64,000 bases of DNA, from positions 275,198 through 339,197 of the forward strand of contig JAGWHC010000001.1 of the NCBI GenBank assembly GCA_028867025.1, read 5' to 3'. A program made the translations under genes and the position numbers. The stretch's first letter is position 1. The number at the start of each line of letters is the position of its first letter. Source of the DNA: Candidatus Micrarchaeota archaeon. Its GTDB lineage: Archaea > Micrarchaeota > Micrarchaeia > Micrarchaeales > CABMGC01. Below, in pieces: positions 54,469-63,209 of the stretch. The notes under the pieces are model-generated. The model had not been told where the DNA came from. It searched no databases and saw only the letters and a program-made list of their open reading frames with translations.

Positions 54469-55479
54469 ATGCGTGCCATCGATATCGATGAGCTTTGCAA
54501 TACGCTAAAGGCATACAAGGACAAGCGAGTGGTGCTCACCTTCCACACTATAGGAGACCGAGACGCCGTGGGATCCGCCATGGCGCTTTCCTCTTTCTTC
54601 CCGAACGCCACCGTCTTCACCCCGGATTTTATAACCAACAACGCAAGACGGATGCTCGCCTACATAGGCTACTCGGAAAGGCTGAAAACCCAGCTACCTG
54701 AAGGCATAGACCTTGTTGTCGTGCTCGACGCAAACAATACATTCGCGCTCGGCAGGCTCAGCGAAAGGCTCGTGCCTTCATCAGCAAAGATACTCTTCAT
54801 AGATCACCACATGGTCCACAAAGACATGACAATCGACGCCCTGATATTCAACGATGAAAAATTCAATTCCACGGCAAGTATAGCGTGTGAGGTTCTCAAG
54901 AAGCTGGGGCAAAATATAGACAAAAGCGTGGCGATGCTACTCCTCAACGGGATAATAGCCGACTCAGCGGACATGCAAAACTCATCCCCACTGACCTTCC
55001 GCCAAGTTGCGGATCTGCTCGAGATTGCGCAGACCGATTTTTCGTTCTTCTCCGAATACTTTCATGAAAGCATACCTACGGGCAATAGGTACCAGGCGAT
55101 AAAAGACGTAGCTTCAGCAAACATAGAGGTGGTGGGCAAGTACGTTTTGGTCTACGGCAGGGCTACAGAGCATGCCAATGTCGTCGCCGACGCGGCGCTC
55201 AGACTGGAAGCCGACGCAGCAGTGTTCTGGACTGTCGGCAACACTGAGGCATCTGTATCCGCGCGCCTTCGTGCGCCTCTGGACAAGAAGCTGTCCATGC
55301 ATCTCGGCGTGATAATGGAGGACATAGGCGTGCTGATAGGAGGCACAGGAGGCGGCCACGCATGCGCTGCTGGAGCCTACGGGATAAAGAAGGAATCTGC
55401 TCAGGTTGCAGGCGAGGAAACTGTGAAGAGAATCAAAGCGATAATGGAGAAAAACTCAAGAGGCAGCGACAACGCGTAG
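54469..55479 (+). CDS. DHH/DHHA1 family phosphoesterase
   Basis: H..GDRDAVGS, VVLD, IDHH, GIIADS and GGGH..AAG. Confidence 0.93.
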   Translation: MRAIDIDELCNTLKAYKDKRVVLTFHTIGDRDAVGSAMALSSFFPNATVFTPDFITNNARRMLAYIGYSERLKTQLPEGIDLVVVLDANNTFALGRLSERLVPSSAKILFIDHHMVHKDMTIDALIFNDEKFNSTASIACEVLKKLGQNIDKSVAMLLLNGIIADSADMQNSSPLTFRQVADLLEIAQTDFSFFSEYFHESIPTGNRYQAIKDVASANIEVVGKYVLVYGRATEHANVVADAALRLEADAAVFWTVGNTEASVSARLRAPLDKKLSMHLGVIMEDIGVLIGGTGGGHACAAGAYGIKKESAQVAGEETVKRIKAIMEKNSRGSDNA

Positions 55480-55995
55480 AAAATGCCTTCTTCTAGTAGC
55501 GCGTCTATTTCTCCCGTTCTTTACGACTTCACGCACCACCTGTGCTTTCTCGCGCGCATCTATGGCCGCAAGGAACACGCCTCTCCAACCAGTTTTGATT
55601 CCTAGGCTCGCTGCCTCGGGCATGTCTCCCAGAGAATGGTGCAAAAGAGAATCCACTAGTTTGGTCTTGAGGTCATCCGGCGAAGAGCCTGAAGTTACGT
55701 CAATCGGGCCCGTGATGCCAGCCACGAAATCTCCATAGTTGTCAAGCAGCGTCGCAATCATGATGCCAAGCATCTTCTTTCCGGCCTTCGGGGAGATGCG
55801 CACCTCCAAGGTCCTAGGCCTCTCGACTATCTTGTACACCGCCGTCACCCATTCCGATCCGTCGCTGTTTACCTGAAACCCTGTGATTACACCGTCTTCC
55901 CGCAGCGTCCTGCCAGTCTCTGACAGAAGATCTGCGGCCGCTTTTCCAGAGTCTCCGATAGTCTGCTTTGTCGCTCTTACTGACATTTCACCCAC
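55456..55995 (-). CDS. Hypothetical protein
   Basis: 179-aa ORF convergent on the DHH gene; no motif. Confidence 0.55.
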   Translation of the reverse strand: MGEMSVRATKQTIGDSGKAAADLLSETGRTLREDGVITGFQVNSDGSEWVTAVYKIVERPRTLEVRISPKAGKKMLGIMIATLLDNYGDFVAGITGPIDVTSGSSPDDLKTKLVDSLLHHSLGDMPEAASLGIKTGWRGVFLAAIDAREKAQVVREVVKNGRNRRATRRRHFLRVVAAS

Positions 55996-56129
55996 ACCAA
56001 AAATAATTTAGTAACTTAACTTAAAATACCCATCGAAACGATTCGTAACTTCCTTTAACCGAATACGTGTTTCTGTCCAAATTTAGTTCAGATTGTTGAA
56101 CAAACTGACATTTTTGCGCAGCCGTACCT

Positions 56130-56351
56130 TCAGTGTCTTCTTTCCGTTCTAGCCAAGGCCCTCATCCATTTTGGTGCAGCCGCTATTTCTTTTGCGTTCT
56201 CCTTCATCGTTTCTACGATGTCTCCCTTCACGAAGTTCTTGTCTATAGCCCTGTAAGCTGCAGCAAGTCCAGCTTTTCTGGCGGGGTCTTTGGTACGGCT
56301 TATCAGTTCCGCACATACAGAAGCCCATGCCTCCTCAATCTCCTCCTCAAT
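56130..56351 (-). CDS. Unannotated ~73-codon ORF (ATT start, or pseudogene with early TAA)
   Basis: Manual translation IEEEIEEAWASVCAELISRTKDPARKAGLAAAYRAIDKNFVKGDIVETMKENAKEIAAAPKWMRALARTERRH; fills an otherwise empty gap. Confidence 0.35.
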   Translation of the reverse strand: MEEEIEEAWASVCAELISRTKDPARKAGLAAAYRAIDKNFVKGDIVETMKENAKEIAAAPKWMRALARTERRH

Positions 56352-56435
56352 TGTCCTTGTTTATAGTTTTGTAGCATAGAAGAGCCGCATGTTTCTAGCT
56401 TAAATATCTGACGAGCCAAATCATCATGGGGTTCT

Positions 56436-57638
56436 GTGAAGATAGCCATAGTGTCTGATTTTCACCTGGGCTACGATAGGTTTAGGGAAGATGCCTTCAA
56501 GCAGGCAGAGCAAGCTCTCGAAGCCGCTGCGAGCGAAGCAGATGCGATAATCATACCTGGCGATGTCTTCGATACGCGCGTCCCAAGGCCGGATGTGCTA
56601 GCAGAGGCGATAAACATATTCAGGAACCTTTCAAAGAAAGAATGGAGGGCTAAGGTCACAGAGGTCAAGGCTGCAAGCAGGGCGTACACGAGCGTTCCAG
56701 TGGTCGCGATACCTGGAACCCACGAGAGGCGTGCGCAGGGAGTGGAGAATCCCGTAAACCTGCTAGGACTCGCGGGGCTGCTGGTCGACGTGAGCGACGG
56801 CTATGCGGTAATCGAAAAGGGAAGCGAGAAGGTTATGGTATTCGGGATAGGAGGCGTTTCTGAAGAGCGTTTCCTCGAAACCATCAAAAAGCTGGATCCC
56901 AAACCGATGTCAGGACATTTCAGCATCTTCATGTTCCACCAGTCCGCCTACGAGCTGCTTCCTTTCAGCGACGATTTCATTCACCTTGACCAGCTTCCGA
57001 AAGGCTTTGATCTATACGTCAACGGTCACATACACAACAGGGTGGAGAAGAAGGTCCACGGGAAGAACTTCCTCATACCAGGCAGCACCGTACTCACGCA
57101 GCTCAAGGACGGCGAGCAGGAAGAGAAGGGTTTCTTCATATTTGACACAAACTCAGAAGCGTACTCCTTCAGAAAGATAAAATCCAGGAGGTTCACTGTC
57201 GCAAAGGTAAACGCGGAAGGCAAAACCGCAGGCGAGCTTGAAGCGGAGATAAGGAAAGCGGTGGATTCCGCGCTCAAACCAGGGGAGGTGCCCATAATCA
57301 GGGTGGAAATAAGCGGCGCGATGAAGAAATCCAGAAGCATAGACGTGGATTTCCACGGTATAATGAAGGGATATCAGGGCAAAGCGATTGTGGAGATAGC
57401 GAAACCAGGCATGGAAGCGATAGAGGCTAATAACACGGACATCGACGCTTTGAGGAAGGGTTCGCTGGAGAACATGTCTGTCAAGGATTACGGCCTTGGG
57501 ATCTTCGTCGAGAAGCTGAGAGGGAACAAGTACGAGCTCGGCATAGGCCCCACAGAGCTCTTCGACCTGCTGAGCGAGGACGGCAGCAAGGACAAGGTAA
57601 TAAAGAAGGCTCTCGAAGAGCTGTTTTCTAGCGCGTAG
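56436..57638 (+). CDS. mre11: DNA repair exonuclease Mre11/SbcD-like
   Basis: VSDFHLG, PGDVFD, PGTHE, MFHQ, NGHIH and PGS; capping domain. Confidence 0.85.
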   Translation: MKIAIVSDFHLGYDRFREDAFKQAEQALEAAASEADAIIIPGDVFDTRVPRPDVLAEAINIFRNLSKKEWRAKVTEVKAASRAYTSVPVVAIPGTHERRAQGVENPVNLLGLAGLLVDVSDGYAVIEKGSEKVMVFGIGGVSEERFLETIKKLDPKPMSGHFSIFMFHQSAYELLPFSDDFIHLDQLPKGFDLYVNGHIHNRVEKKVHGKNFLIPGSTVLTQLKDGEQEEKGFFIFDTNSEAYSFRKIKSRRFTVAKVNAEGKTAGELEAEIRKAVDSALKPGEVPIIRVEISGAMKKSRSIDVDFHGIMKGYQGKAIVEIAKPGMEAIEANNTDIDALRKGSLENMSVKDYGLGIFVEKLRGNKYELGIGPTELFDLLSEDGSKDKVIKKALEELFSSA

Positions 57639-59022
57639 AGGATCTGCTTTTGAACTCCGCGTACTCAAAAAGCGCTTCCAGCGAGTCTATGGCTGCGATG
57701 GGCGAATCGTATACAGGTACACCTCCTTCTTCGAGCAGTTTTGCCTGCTTCTCAGTATACTCGGTGCCCACGCTGATCACAAGCAGGGGCTTTGAGAGCG
57801 TTATCTTTTTCTGCACCATCTCCCTTGTGACTGAAGGATCAGCTCCAGGAGTCTGGTAGAGTATTATCACTACCAGCATGTCCGTGTTCCTGTCCGCGCC
57901 TATCAGGTCAAGCGCCTGCCTGTACCTGTTAGCGTCGGCGTCTCCGGCAAGATCCAGCGGATTCGCTATGTTGACGAGTCCGGGCATCACCTTCTTGAGC
58001 GCCTTTTTCGTGCCCTCAGCGTAATCCGCCATCTTCAGGTAGCGCGAAGACGCAATCTCGTCGGCCGTTATCACTCCCGCACCACCGCCGTTTGTTATCA
58101 CCGCCACCCTGTTCCCCGATGGTTTCACCTCGGAAGCAAAAATTTTTGCATAGTACAGCAGCTCGCTAAGGTCGTTTGCAATGGCAAAGCCGAACTGCCT
58201 GAAAATCGCCTCCTGCACGGCATAGTTGCCGGCCAGCGAAGCTGTGTGGGAATGGGCAGCGTTTACCCCGGCGCTCGTCCTGCCGGCCTTGAGCACAACC
58301 ACAGGCTTCTTCTTCGTCAGCTTTCTCGCCAGCTCGACGAATTCCTTGCCACGCTTTATCCCCTCTATGTACAGCACGATCACCTTCGTCTCATCGTCGT
58401 TCATCAGGTACTCAAGTATGTCGACCTCATCCACGTAAGCAGCATTGCCGTAAGATATGAACTTCGATAGCCCAAAACCCTCCCCGGCGATCACGTCAAG
58501 CACCGTGCTGCCCACTGCGCCGCTCTGCGACACGAAGCTTACGGAGCCTACCTTTGGCCTGCTTATCTTCTTCATCGGGAGGAACATAGTATCGCTCTTC
58601 GCCCTGGTGTCCATCACGCCAAGGCAGTTCGGCCCCACCATGGCGATGCGGTATTTCTTTGCAATCTCTGTTATCCTGTCCTGGAGCTTGACCTCGCCAA
58701 CTTCCGCGAATCCGCCGCTCACGACTACAACTGACTTCACCTTCGCCTTGCCGCACTGCTCCAGCACAAGAGGGACTATGGGAGCCGGGACGGCTATCAC
58801 CGCAAGATCAATGGTGTCCTTTATCTCCAGCACAGTCCTGTAGGACTTTCGCCCTAGAATCTCATCAGCGTTCGGATTCACAGGATAGAGCTTGCCTTCG
58901 TAGCCCGCGGCTATGTAATTCTGCATTATCACGTTGCCCACCTTGCCTGGGCTTCGCGAGGCGCCTATGATCGCCACGTTCATTGGCTTCATCATCGGTG
59001 TAAGATCCATTCGCGTGCCCAT
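57628..59022 (-). CDS. acdA: ADP-forming acyl-CoA synthetase alpha subunit
   Basis: VAIIGAS..PGKVG, GPNCLG, SQSGA, phospho-His SHTASLAG, TNGGG.G and NPLDL.GD. Confidence 0.93.
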   Translation of the reverse strand: MGTRMDLTPMMKPMNVAIIGASRSPGKVGNVIMQNYIAAGYEGKLYPVNPNADEILGRKSYRTVLEIKDTIDLAVIAVPAPIVPLVLEQCGKAKVKSVVVVSGGFAEVGEVKLQDRITEIAKKYRIAMVGPNCLGVMDTRAKSDTMFLPMKKISRPKVGSVSFVSQSGAVGSTVLDVIAGEGFGLSKFISYGNAAYVDEVDILEYLMNDDETKVIVLYIEGIKRGKEFVELARKLTKKKPVVVLKAGRTSAGVNAAHSHTASLAGNYAVQEAIFRQFGFAIANDLSELLYYAKIFASEVKPSGNRVAVITNGGGAGVITADEIASSRYLKMADYAEGTKKALKKVMPGLVNIANPLDLAGDADANRYRQALDLIGADRNTDMLVVIILYQTPGADPSVTREMVQKKITLSKPLLVISVGTEYTEKQAKLLEEGGVPVYDSPIAAIDSLEALFEYAEFKSRSSTR

Positions 59023-59026
59023 AGAA

Positions 59027-59644
59027 TCACGTAAGTATGCGGATGTCGACCGCCTCATAGGAGTCCTGCCTCACAATCACAGGGTTCAGGTCAAGTTCCG
59101 ACACTTTCTTGTTTTCAGTAAGCAGCTTCGACACTTTCATCAAAAGCGATACTATCTCATCCTCGGCCTTGCCGTCGTATGTTACTATCTTCCTCGACTG
59201 CAGCTCTGAAAGCATGTCCACTGCGTCGGCTTTTGTTATCGGGCACAGTCTGAGCTGCACGTCCTTGAACGCCTCTACATAGACGCCGCCCAGACCCACG
59301 AGCAGCACCTTGCCGAACTGCGCGTCCGTGTTCCCGCCGATTATTATTTCGACACCGGGGTCTGCCATCTTCTGCGCAAGTATCTTGTAGGGTCTCAGCA
59401 TCCTGCCCCGCCTGACCAGGTCATCGTATGCAGCAGCGATCTCCTTCTCTCCGTCAATGTCGAGCTTTACGAGCCCGGCCCTGCTCTTGTGCACCGCCTT
59501 TTCAGAAATAAGCTTGAGCACTATCCTTTTTCCCTTCGCGAAGTCCGCCGCGCTCTCGGCGCTGTTCACATACGCGCTTCCAATGCTCTTTATCTTGTAC
59601 TTGTCCAGAAGCTTCCGAGCCTGCATGTAGTCAAGCAGAGGCAT
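59027..59644 (-). CDS. acdB: ADP-forming acyl-CoA synthetase beta subunit (ATP-grasp)
   Basis: VLK..S...HKS..G.V, E.IIG..D.QFG, GLGGVYVE..KD and ELDLNP. Confidence 0.92.
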   Translation of the reverse strand: MPLLDYMQARKLLDKYKIKSIGSAYVNSAESAADFAKGKRIVLKLISEKAVHKSRAGLVKLDIDGEKEIAAAYDDLVRRGRMLRPYKILAQKMADPGVEIIIGGNTDAQFGKVLLVGLGGVYVEAFKDVQLRLCPITKADAVDMLSELQSRKIVTYDGKAEDEIVSLLMKVSKLLTENKKVSELDLNPVIVRQDSYEAVDIRILT

Positions 59645-59651
59645 TGGCTCA

Positions 59652-60359
59652 CTAGATAGAAGAAAACACGCCAGGCATGTACGCGTACAGATAGTACACT
59701 ACGGCTACAACCACTATCACTGCCGCCACACCAATCCAGAGCTTCCTGCGCGGCTTGCCGTGCAGTTTGAGCGGGGGTATCTTGCTGTCCATCGGGCCTG
59801 CCGGCGCCTCCGGTCGCATGGCCGTGGCCCCCTCCTGAGGTTGTGCCACCTGCGGTTCCTGTTGCACCTGTTTCTGCACAGGCGTCTGAACAGTTTGCAT
59901 CGGCTTGGCCTGCAGGAAACCCTGCTCGGTAAGCGTAAGCTCGACATTGCCGTTCTTCAGCTCATATCCCACGAAGTTCTGCTTGTTTAGCTTGTAGAGC
60001 CTGAACGCAAGGTCCTTGGAGCGCACGTTCAGAGTGCTCTGCAGCTCTGCGGGATAGCGCTTTCCTCCAGACATCTGTCTCAGCACCTCGAGGTCCAGCG
60101 CATCAATCGACTCGCCGCTTTTCGCCTCAGCGTCCGCCTTGAGCTTATTTCCCGCATCTGTTACCACTATGCTGTTCGGTCCTGGATAATATGCGGTGAA
60201 ATCTATGAGTCCCTTCTGTTTCAGCGACCCTGTTATGTTCGCGGCGTCAAACACGCTCGCGTTTATGACACTTCCAAAGCGCTCAAGCGTGGTGTCCTTT
60301 TCTATCTTGAGAAGGCATGTGAGGTCTAGGAAGTTTATGTTCTCAGGATTAGAAGCCAT
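59652..60359 (-). CDS. Tandem winged-helix protein with Q/P-rich linker and C-terminal TM anchor
   Basis: SLKQKGLID..VTDAG and KLNKQNFV..LTEQG; QTPVQKQVQQEPQ linker; RRKLWIGVAAVIVVVAVVYYLY. Confidence 0.65.
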   Translation of the reverse strand: MASNPENINFLDLTCLLKIEKDTTLERFGSVINASVFDAANITGSLKQKGLIDFTAYYPGPNSIVVTDAGNKLKADAEAKSGESIDALDLEVLRQMSGGKRYPAELQSTLNVRSKDLAFRLYKLNKQNFVGYELKNGNVELTLTEQGFLQAKPMQTVQTPVQKQVQQEPQVAQPQEGATAMRPEAPAGPMDSKIPPLKLHGKPRRKLWIGVAAVIVVVAVVYYLYAYMPGVFSSI

Positions 60360-60418
60360 GGTAACAGTTAACCTTTATATGTTAACAATTAATAGTTTTG
60401 CATAATTCTGTGATTTCT

Positions 60419-61669
60419 TTGGAACTCCAGTTTCTTGGCGGCGCAAGCGAGGTGGGCAGGTCCGCCATATTGTTCAAGGGCAGCAAGCACATAATCATGG
60501 ACTACGGCATAAAACTCAACCATAAGACCGAGTACCCGTTGCCTGCCGGCAGAGTTGACGCCTGCGTGCTAAGCCACGCGCACATAGACCACAGCGGCAA
60601 CTTCCCCTTCCTTTACAAGGACGAGCTTCCGATAACGTACGGAACCGAGCCCACGAAGGAGCTCAGCAGCCTGCTCGTGGAGGACTCAATGAAGGTCGGC
60701 AAGAAGAACCATCAGCCTCCGAAATTCAACAAGCACAACCTGCGCAGCTTCCTTGAGAGATTCTCGTCGCATGATTTCGGGGAGGAGATAGAACTAGGCG
60801 AGTATTCCATAACCCTCTATGATGCCGGGCACATAAGCGGTAGCTCGATAACCAAGATAGAGAGCAGGAAGAGCGGCAGGAAGCTCGTGTACACGGGCGA
60901 CTTCAAGCTCGAGCCGCAGATGATCCAGGGTAGCGCAGACATAGTGAAGAGCGACATACTGCTCACAGAAACGACGTATGCAAACCGTGAACATCCTGAA
61001 AGGGAGGAGTTGATCCGCAAGTTCGCCGATGAGGTAAGGCAGACGCTAGACAACGGAGGCACAGCTCTCATCCCGAGCTTCGCGGTGGGCAGGGCGCAGG
61101 AGATACTCGCTGTGCTGCACAAGTACAAGCTTTCCGACCGTGTTTTCATAGACGGCATGGCGCGAAAGGCGACGCAGATAGCGATGAGGTACCCGGAGTA
61201 CATACGGAACGTAGATCTGCTCCACGATGCGATAAAGAAGATAATGTGGATAGGCAGCGAGGAGCACAGAGGACATGCAGTCAGCGGGCCAAGCATAATA
61301 CTCACCACTGCGGGCATGCTCAATGGCGGACCCGTTCTGAACTACCTCACCAAACTTGGCCCGAATTCCAAGATCTTCCTCACAGGCTACCAGGTCGAGG
61401 GCACCAACGGCAGGAAGCTGATGGAGGGCAAACCGCTTTCGATAGACGGCAGGAAGGAGGTGGTGAAGACGCCATGGGTGTACTATGATTTTTCAGCGCA
61501 TGCTGGCAAGTCAGACCTCTACGAATATGTGAAGAAGAGCAGCCCAGAGCTCGTGATATGCGTCCACGGAGACCAGAAGATAGCCGAGGAGTTCGCCGAA
61601 AGCCTGAAGGTCGAGGGCTTCAAGACGCATGTTCCAAGGCAGGGCGACAGCATAAAACTGGATTTCTGA
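60419..61669 (+). CDS. Beta-CASP metallo-beta-lactamase RNase (aCPSF2-like, no KH domains)
   Basis: FLGGASEVGRS, SHAHIDHSG, AGHI.GS, YTGD, FAVGRAQE, FSAHA and VHG; TTG start. Confidence 0.9.
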   Translation: MELQFLGGASEVGRSAILFKGSKHIIMDYGIKLNHKTEYPLPAGRVDACVLSHAHIDHSGNFPFLYKDELPITYGTEPTKELSSLLVEDSMKVGKKNHQPPKFNKHNLRSFLERFSSHDFGEEIELGEYSITLYDAGHISGSSITKIESRKSGRKLVYTGDFKLEPQMIQGSADIVKSDILLTETTYANREHPEREELIRKFADEVRQTLDNGGTALIPSFAVGRAQEILAVLHKYKLSDRVFIDGMARKATQIAMRYPEYIRNVDLLHDAIKKIMWIGSEEHRGHAVSGPSIILTTAGMLNGGPVLNYLTKLGPNSKIFLTGYQVEGTNGRKLMEGKPLSIDGRKEVVKTPWVYYDFSAHAGKSDLYEYVKKSSPELVICVHGDQKIAEEFAESLKVEGFKTHVPRQGDSIKLDF

Positions 61670-61727
61670 GTCATACGCAATCCTGGCTTGCGCTAGCCTC
61701 GATAAAACGCCAAGAATCAGGGTACTA

Positions 61728-62027
61728 TTATTCTCCCTTTCCTACGACTTCTATCTTGCCGTACTTGCCAGTGCTTAGCTGAGGGTTGCCCTTGAACTCG
61801 CTCACGTAGCCGTTGGTTACCTTTACCTTGTCACCAACGCTCACGATGTCTATGTTGCCTTCCCAGAGCGATATGGCTATGCTGCCTGTGTCGTCGCTTA
61901 TGACAGCGTCGGCCACGTTCAGCCTCTTGCCATACTTTGTGATGACCTCCCTGGGGTCACTCTTCTCTGTGATGGTGCCTTCAAGTTCTACGTTAGTAGC
62001 CCCTGCTTTCAGTTCAGATATCTTCAT
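61728..62027 (-). CDS. ssb: Single-OB-fold single-stranded DNA-binding protein
   Basis: KISEL..G..NV, D.TG.I...LW, GD.V.V.NGY..EFKG..QL..GKYG; GGTGA SD. Confidence 0.88.
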   Translation of the reverse strand: MKISELKAGATNVELEGTITEKSDPREVITKYGKRLNVADAVISDDTGSIAISLWEGNIDIVSVGDKVKVTNGYVSEFKGNPQLSTGKYGKIEVVGKGE

Positions 62028-62258
62028 CTGTTCACCGTGAGGTAGAATATGTTTGTAGGGTTATAATAATGTTTCTTGGGAGTTCAGCTGCCAGTTCCGC
62101 TATTTGCGCGCCTGTCAGCAGGACCCTGGCAAATCACGCTGATCGGCATAATAAATCTCAAAATGATAAAAATATCAGTATATAATCTAGTAATATAAGT
62201 AAATATTCATATTATTTCTCCAAAAAGTATTTATACAGTCCAGGACAACATACAGGCA

Positions 62259-62350
62259 AGGAGTCTGTTAGACATTATATTGCAGAGGTGCGCGGCTCAT
62301 TTTGAGATGCCCACTCCTAACATCCCATCCTTCCGTGCACCTCGCATTCA
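62259..62350 (+). ncRNA. Candidate structured non-coding RNA
   Basis: 11-bp helix GAGGTGCGCGG/CCGTGCACCTC enclosing a hairpin and a CU-rich loop; BRE/TATA-like CAAAAAGTATTTATAC ~25 nt upstream; no credible ORF. Confidence 0.4.
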
Positions 62351-62378
62351 TGCTTAAGATCAAGGCGCAGCGGAGCGG

Positions 62379-62702
62379 CTAGTAAAGCTCCCCAAACGCG
62401 TCCTTGATGCTTCTTATGGTCCCCGAAGTCCTTATTGTGTAGAATCCCATCCGCCTTCCGTCCAGCTCCTTTACGAAAGAGAGAGCAAGGGCGATATTCC
62501 TCTCGTACCCCCTGTTCACGCTCACAACGAAGACCCTGTCGCTCAGCTGGGCCGCGACCTGCGGGTTCGCCTTGAAGAAGGGCAGCTCTCCAAGGAACGC
62601 CTTCATGCCGCTCTTCAGCATCTCCTGTTTCACCGAATCACCCAGGCTCACGTTCTCGCTGGCTTCAACCATCACATACCGCACTTTCTTCCTGAATATC
62701 AT
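62379..62702 (-). CDS. pop5: Ribonuclease P protein Pop5/Rpp14
   Basis: RKKVRY, FLGE and TIRTSGTIR; coupled to rpp30. Confidence 0.85.
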   Translation of the reverse strand: MIFRKKVRYVMVEASENVSLGDSVKQEMLKSGMKAFLGELPFFKANPQVAAQLSDRVFVVSVNRGYERNIALALSFVKELDGRRMGFYTIRTSGTIRSIKDAFGELY

Positions 62703-63205
62703 AGCAACTCGCCTAGTCTGCCAAGCGCCTCCTTGGCGCGCGGGGGCTCTATGCCAAGGAATCCAGCAACCTCAATCATCTGCAGGCCCGCCATGAGGCA
62801 TTCGCTGCTGCTTGCAAAAGAAACCAAAGCAAAGGGAACCTTCGCCATCAAGACGCTCTTGACCAGTCTTCGCATCTTCGCCATCGATTGCACCCTTGAA
62901 GTGCCATCGCTGCAGGTTACCTCGCTCAGCGGAATGATCAGCATCTTCTCATTCTCCTTGACCTCATCCAGAACCTCCCGTCCGGCAGAGATCCCTTTCG
63001 GAATCACTCCAATCACGTTGCTCTGCCTCAGGCCCTTGGTTATCGCCTCCTGGCTATCGCTTCTTACGACGCCCTTGCCTCCGGAGACAACTGTTTTTTC
63101 GAAAACCTCCGCGTCCTTCCCGGTTTGGAATATCTTCTTGTAGCCCAATCGCGCCGCCAGGGATTCCGGGACTTCGTGAAAGTTAACAAGATCAAAAAAT
63201 TGCAT
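62699..63205 (-). CDS. rpp30: Ribonuclease P protein Rpp30-like (shortened, divergent)
   Basis: FFDL start and VPFALVSFA....L....M...A..LG....AKEAL C-terminal pattern; directly upstream of pop5. Confidence 0.7.
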   Translation of the reverse strand: MQFFDLVNFHEVPESLAARLGYKKIFQTGKDAEVFEKTVVSGGKGVVRSDSQEAITKGLRQSNVIGVIPKGISAGREVLDEVKENEKMLIIPLSEVTCSDGTSRVQSMAKMRRLVKSVLMAKVPFALVSFASSSECLMAGLQMIEVAGFLGIEPPRAKEALGRLGELL

Positions 63206-63209
63206 GAAA

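Noticed and set aside
62040-62378. RNase P RNA, SRP RNA or replication origin near cdc6
   Set aside because: No GAGGAAAGUCC / ACAnAAnnnGGCUUA regions, no SRP helix-8 motif and no clear ORB repeats. The region upstream of cdc6 is outside the window.
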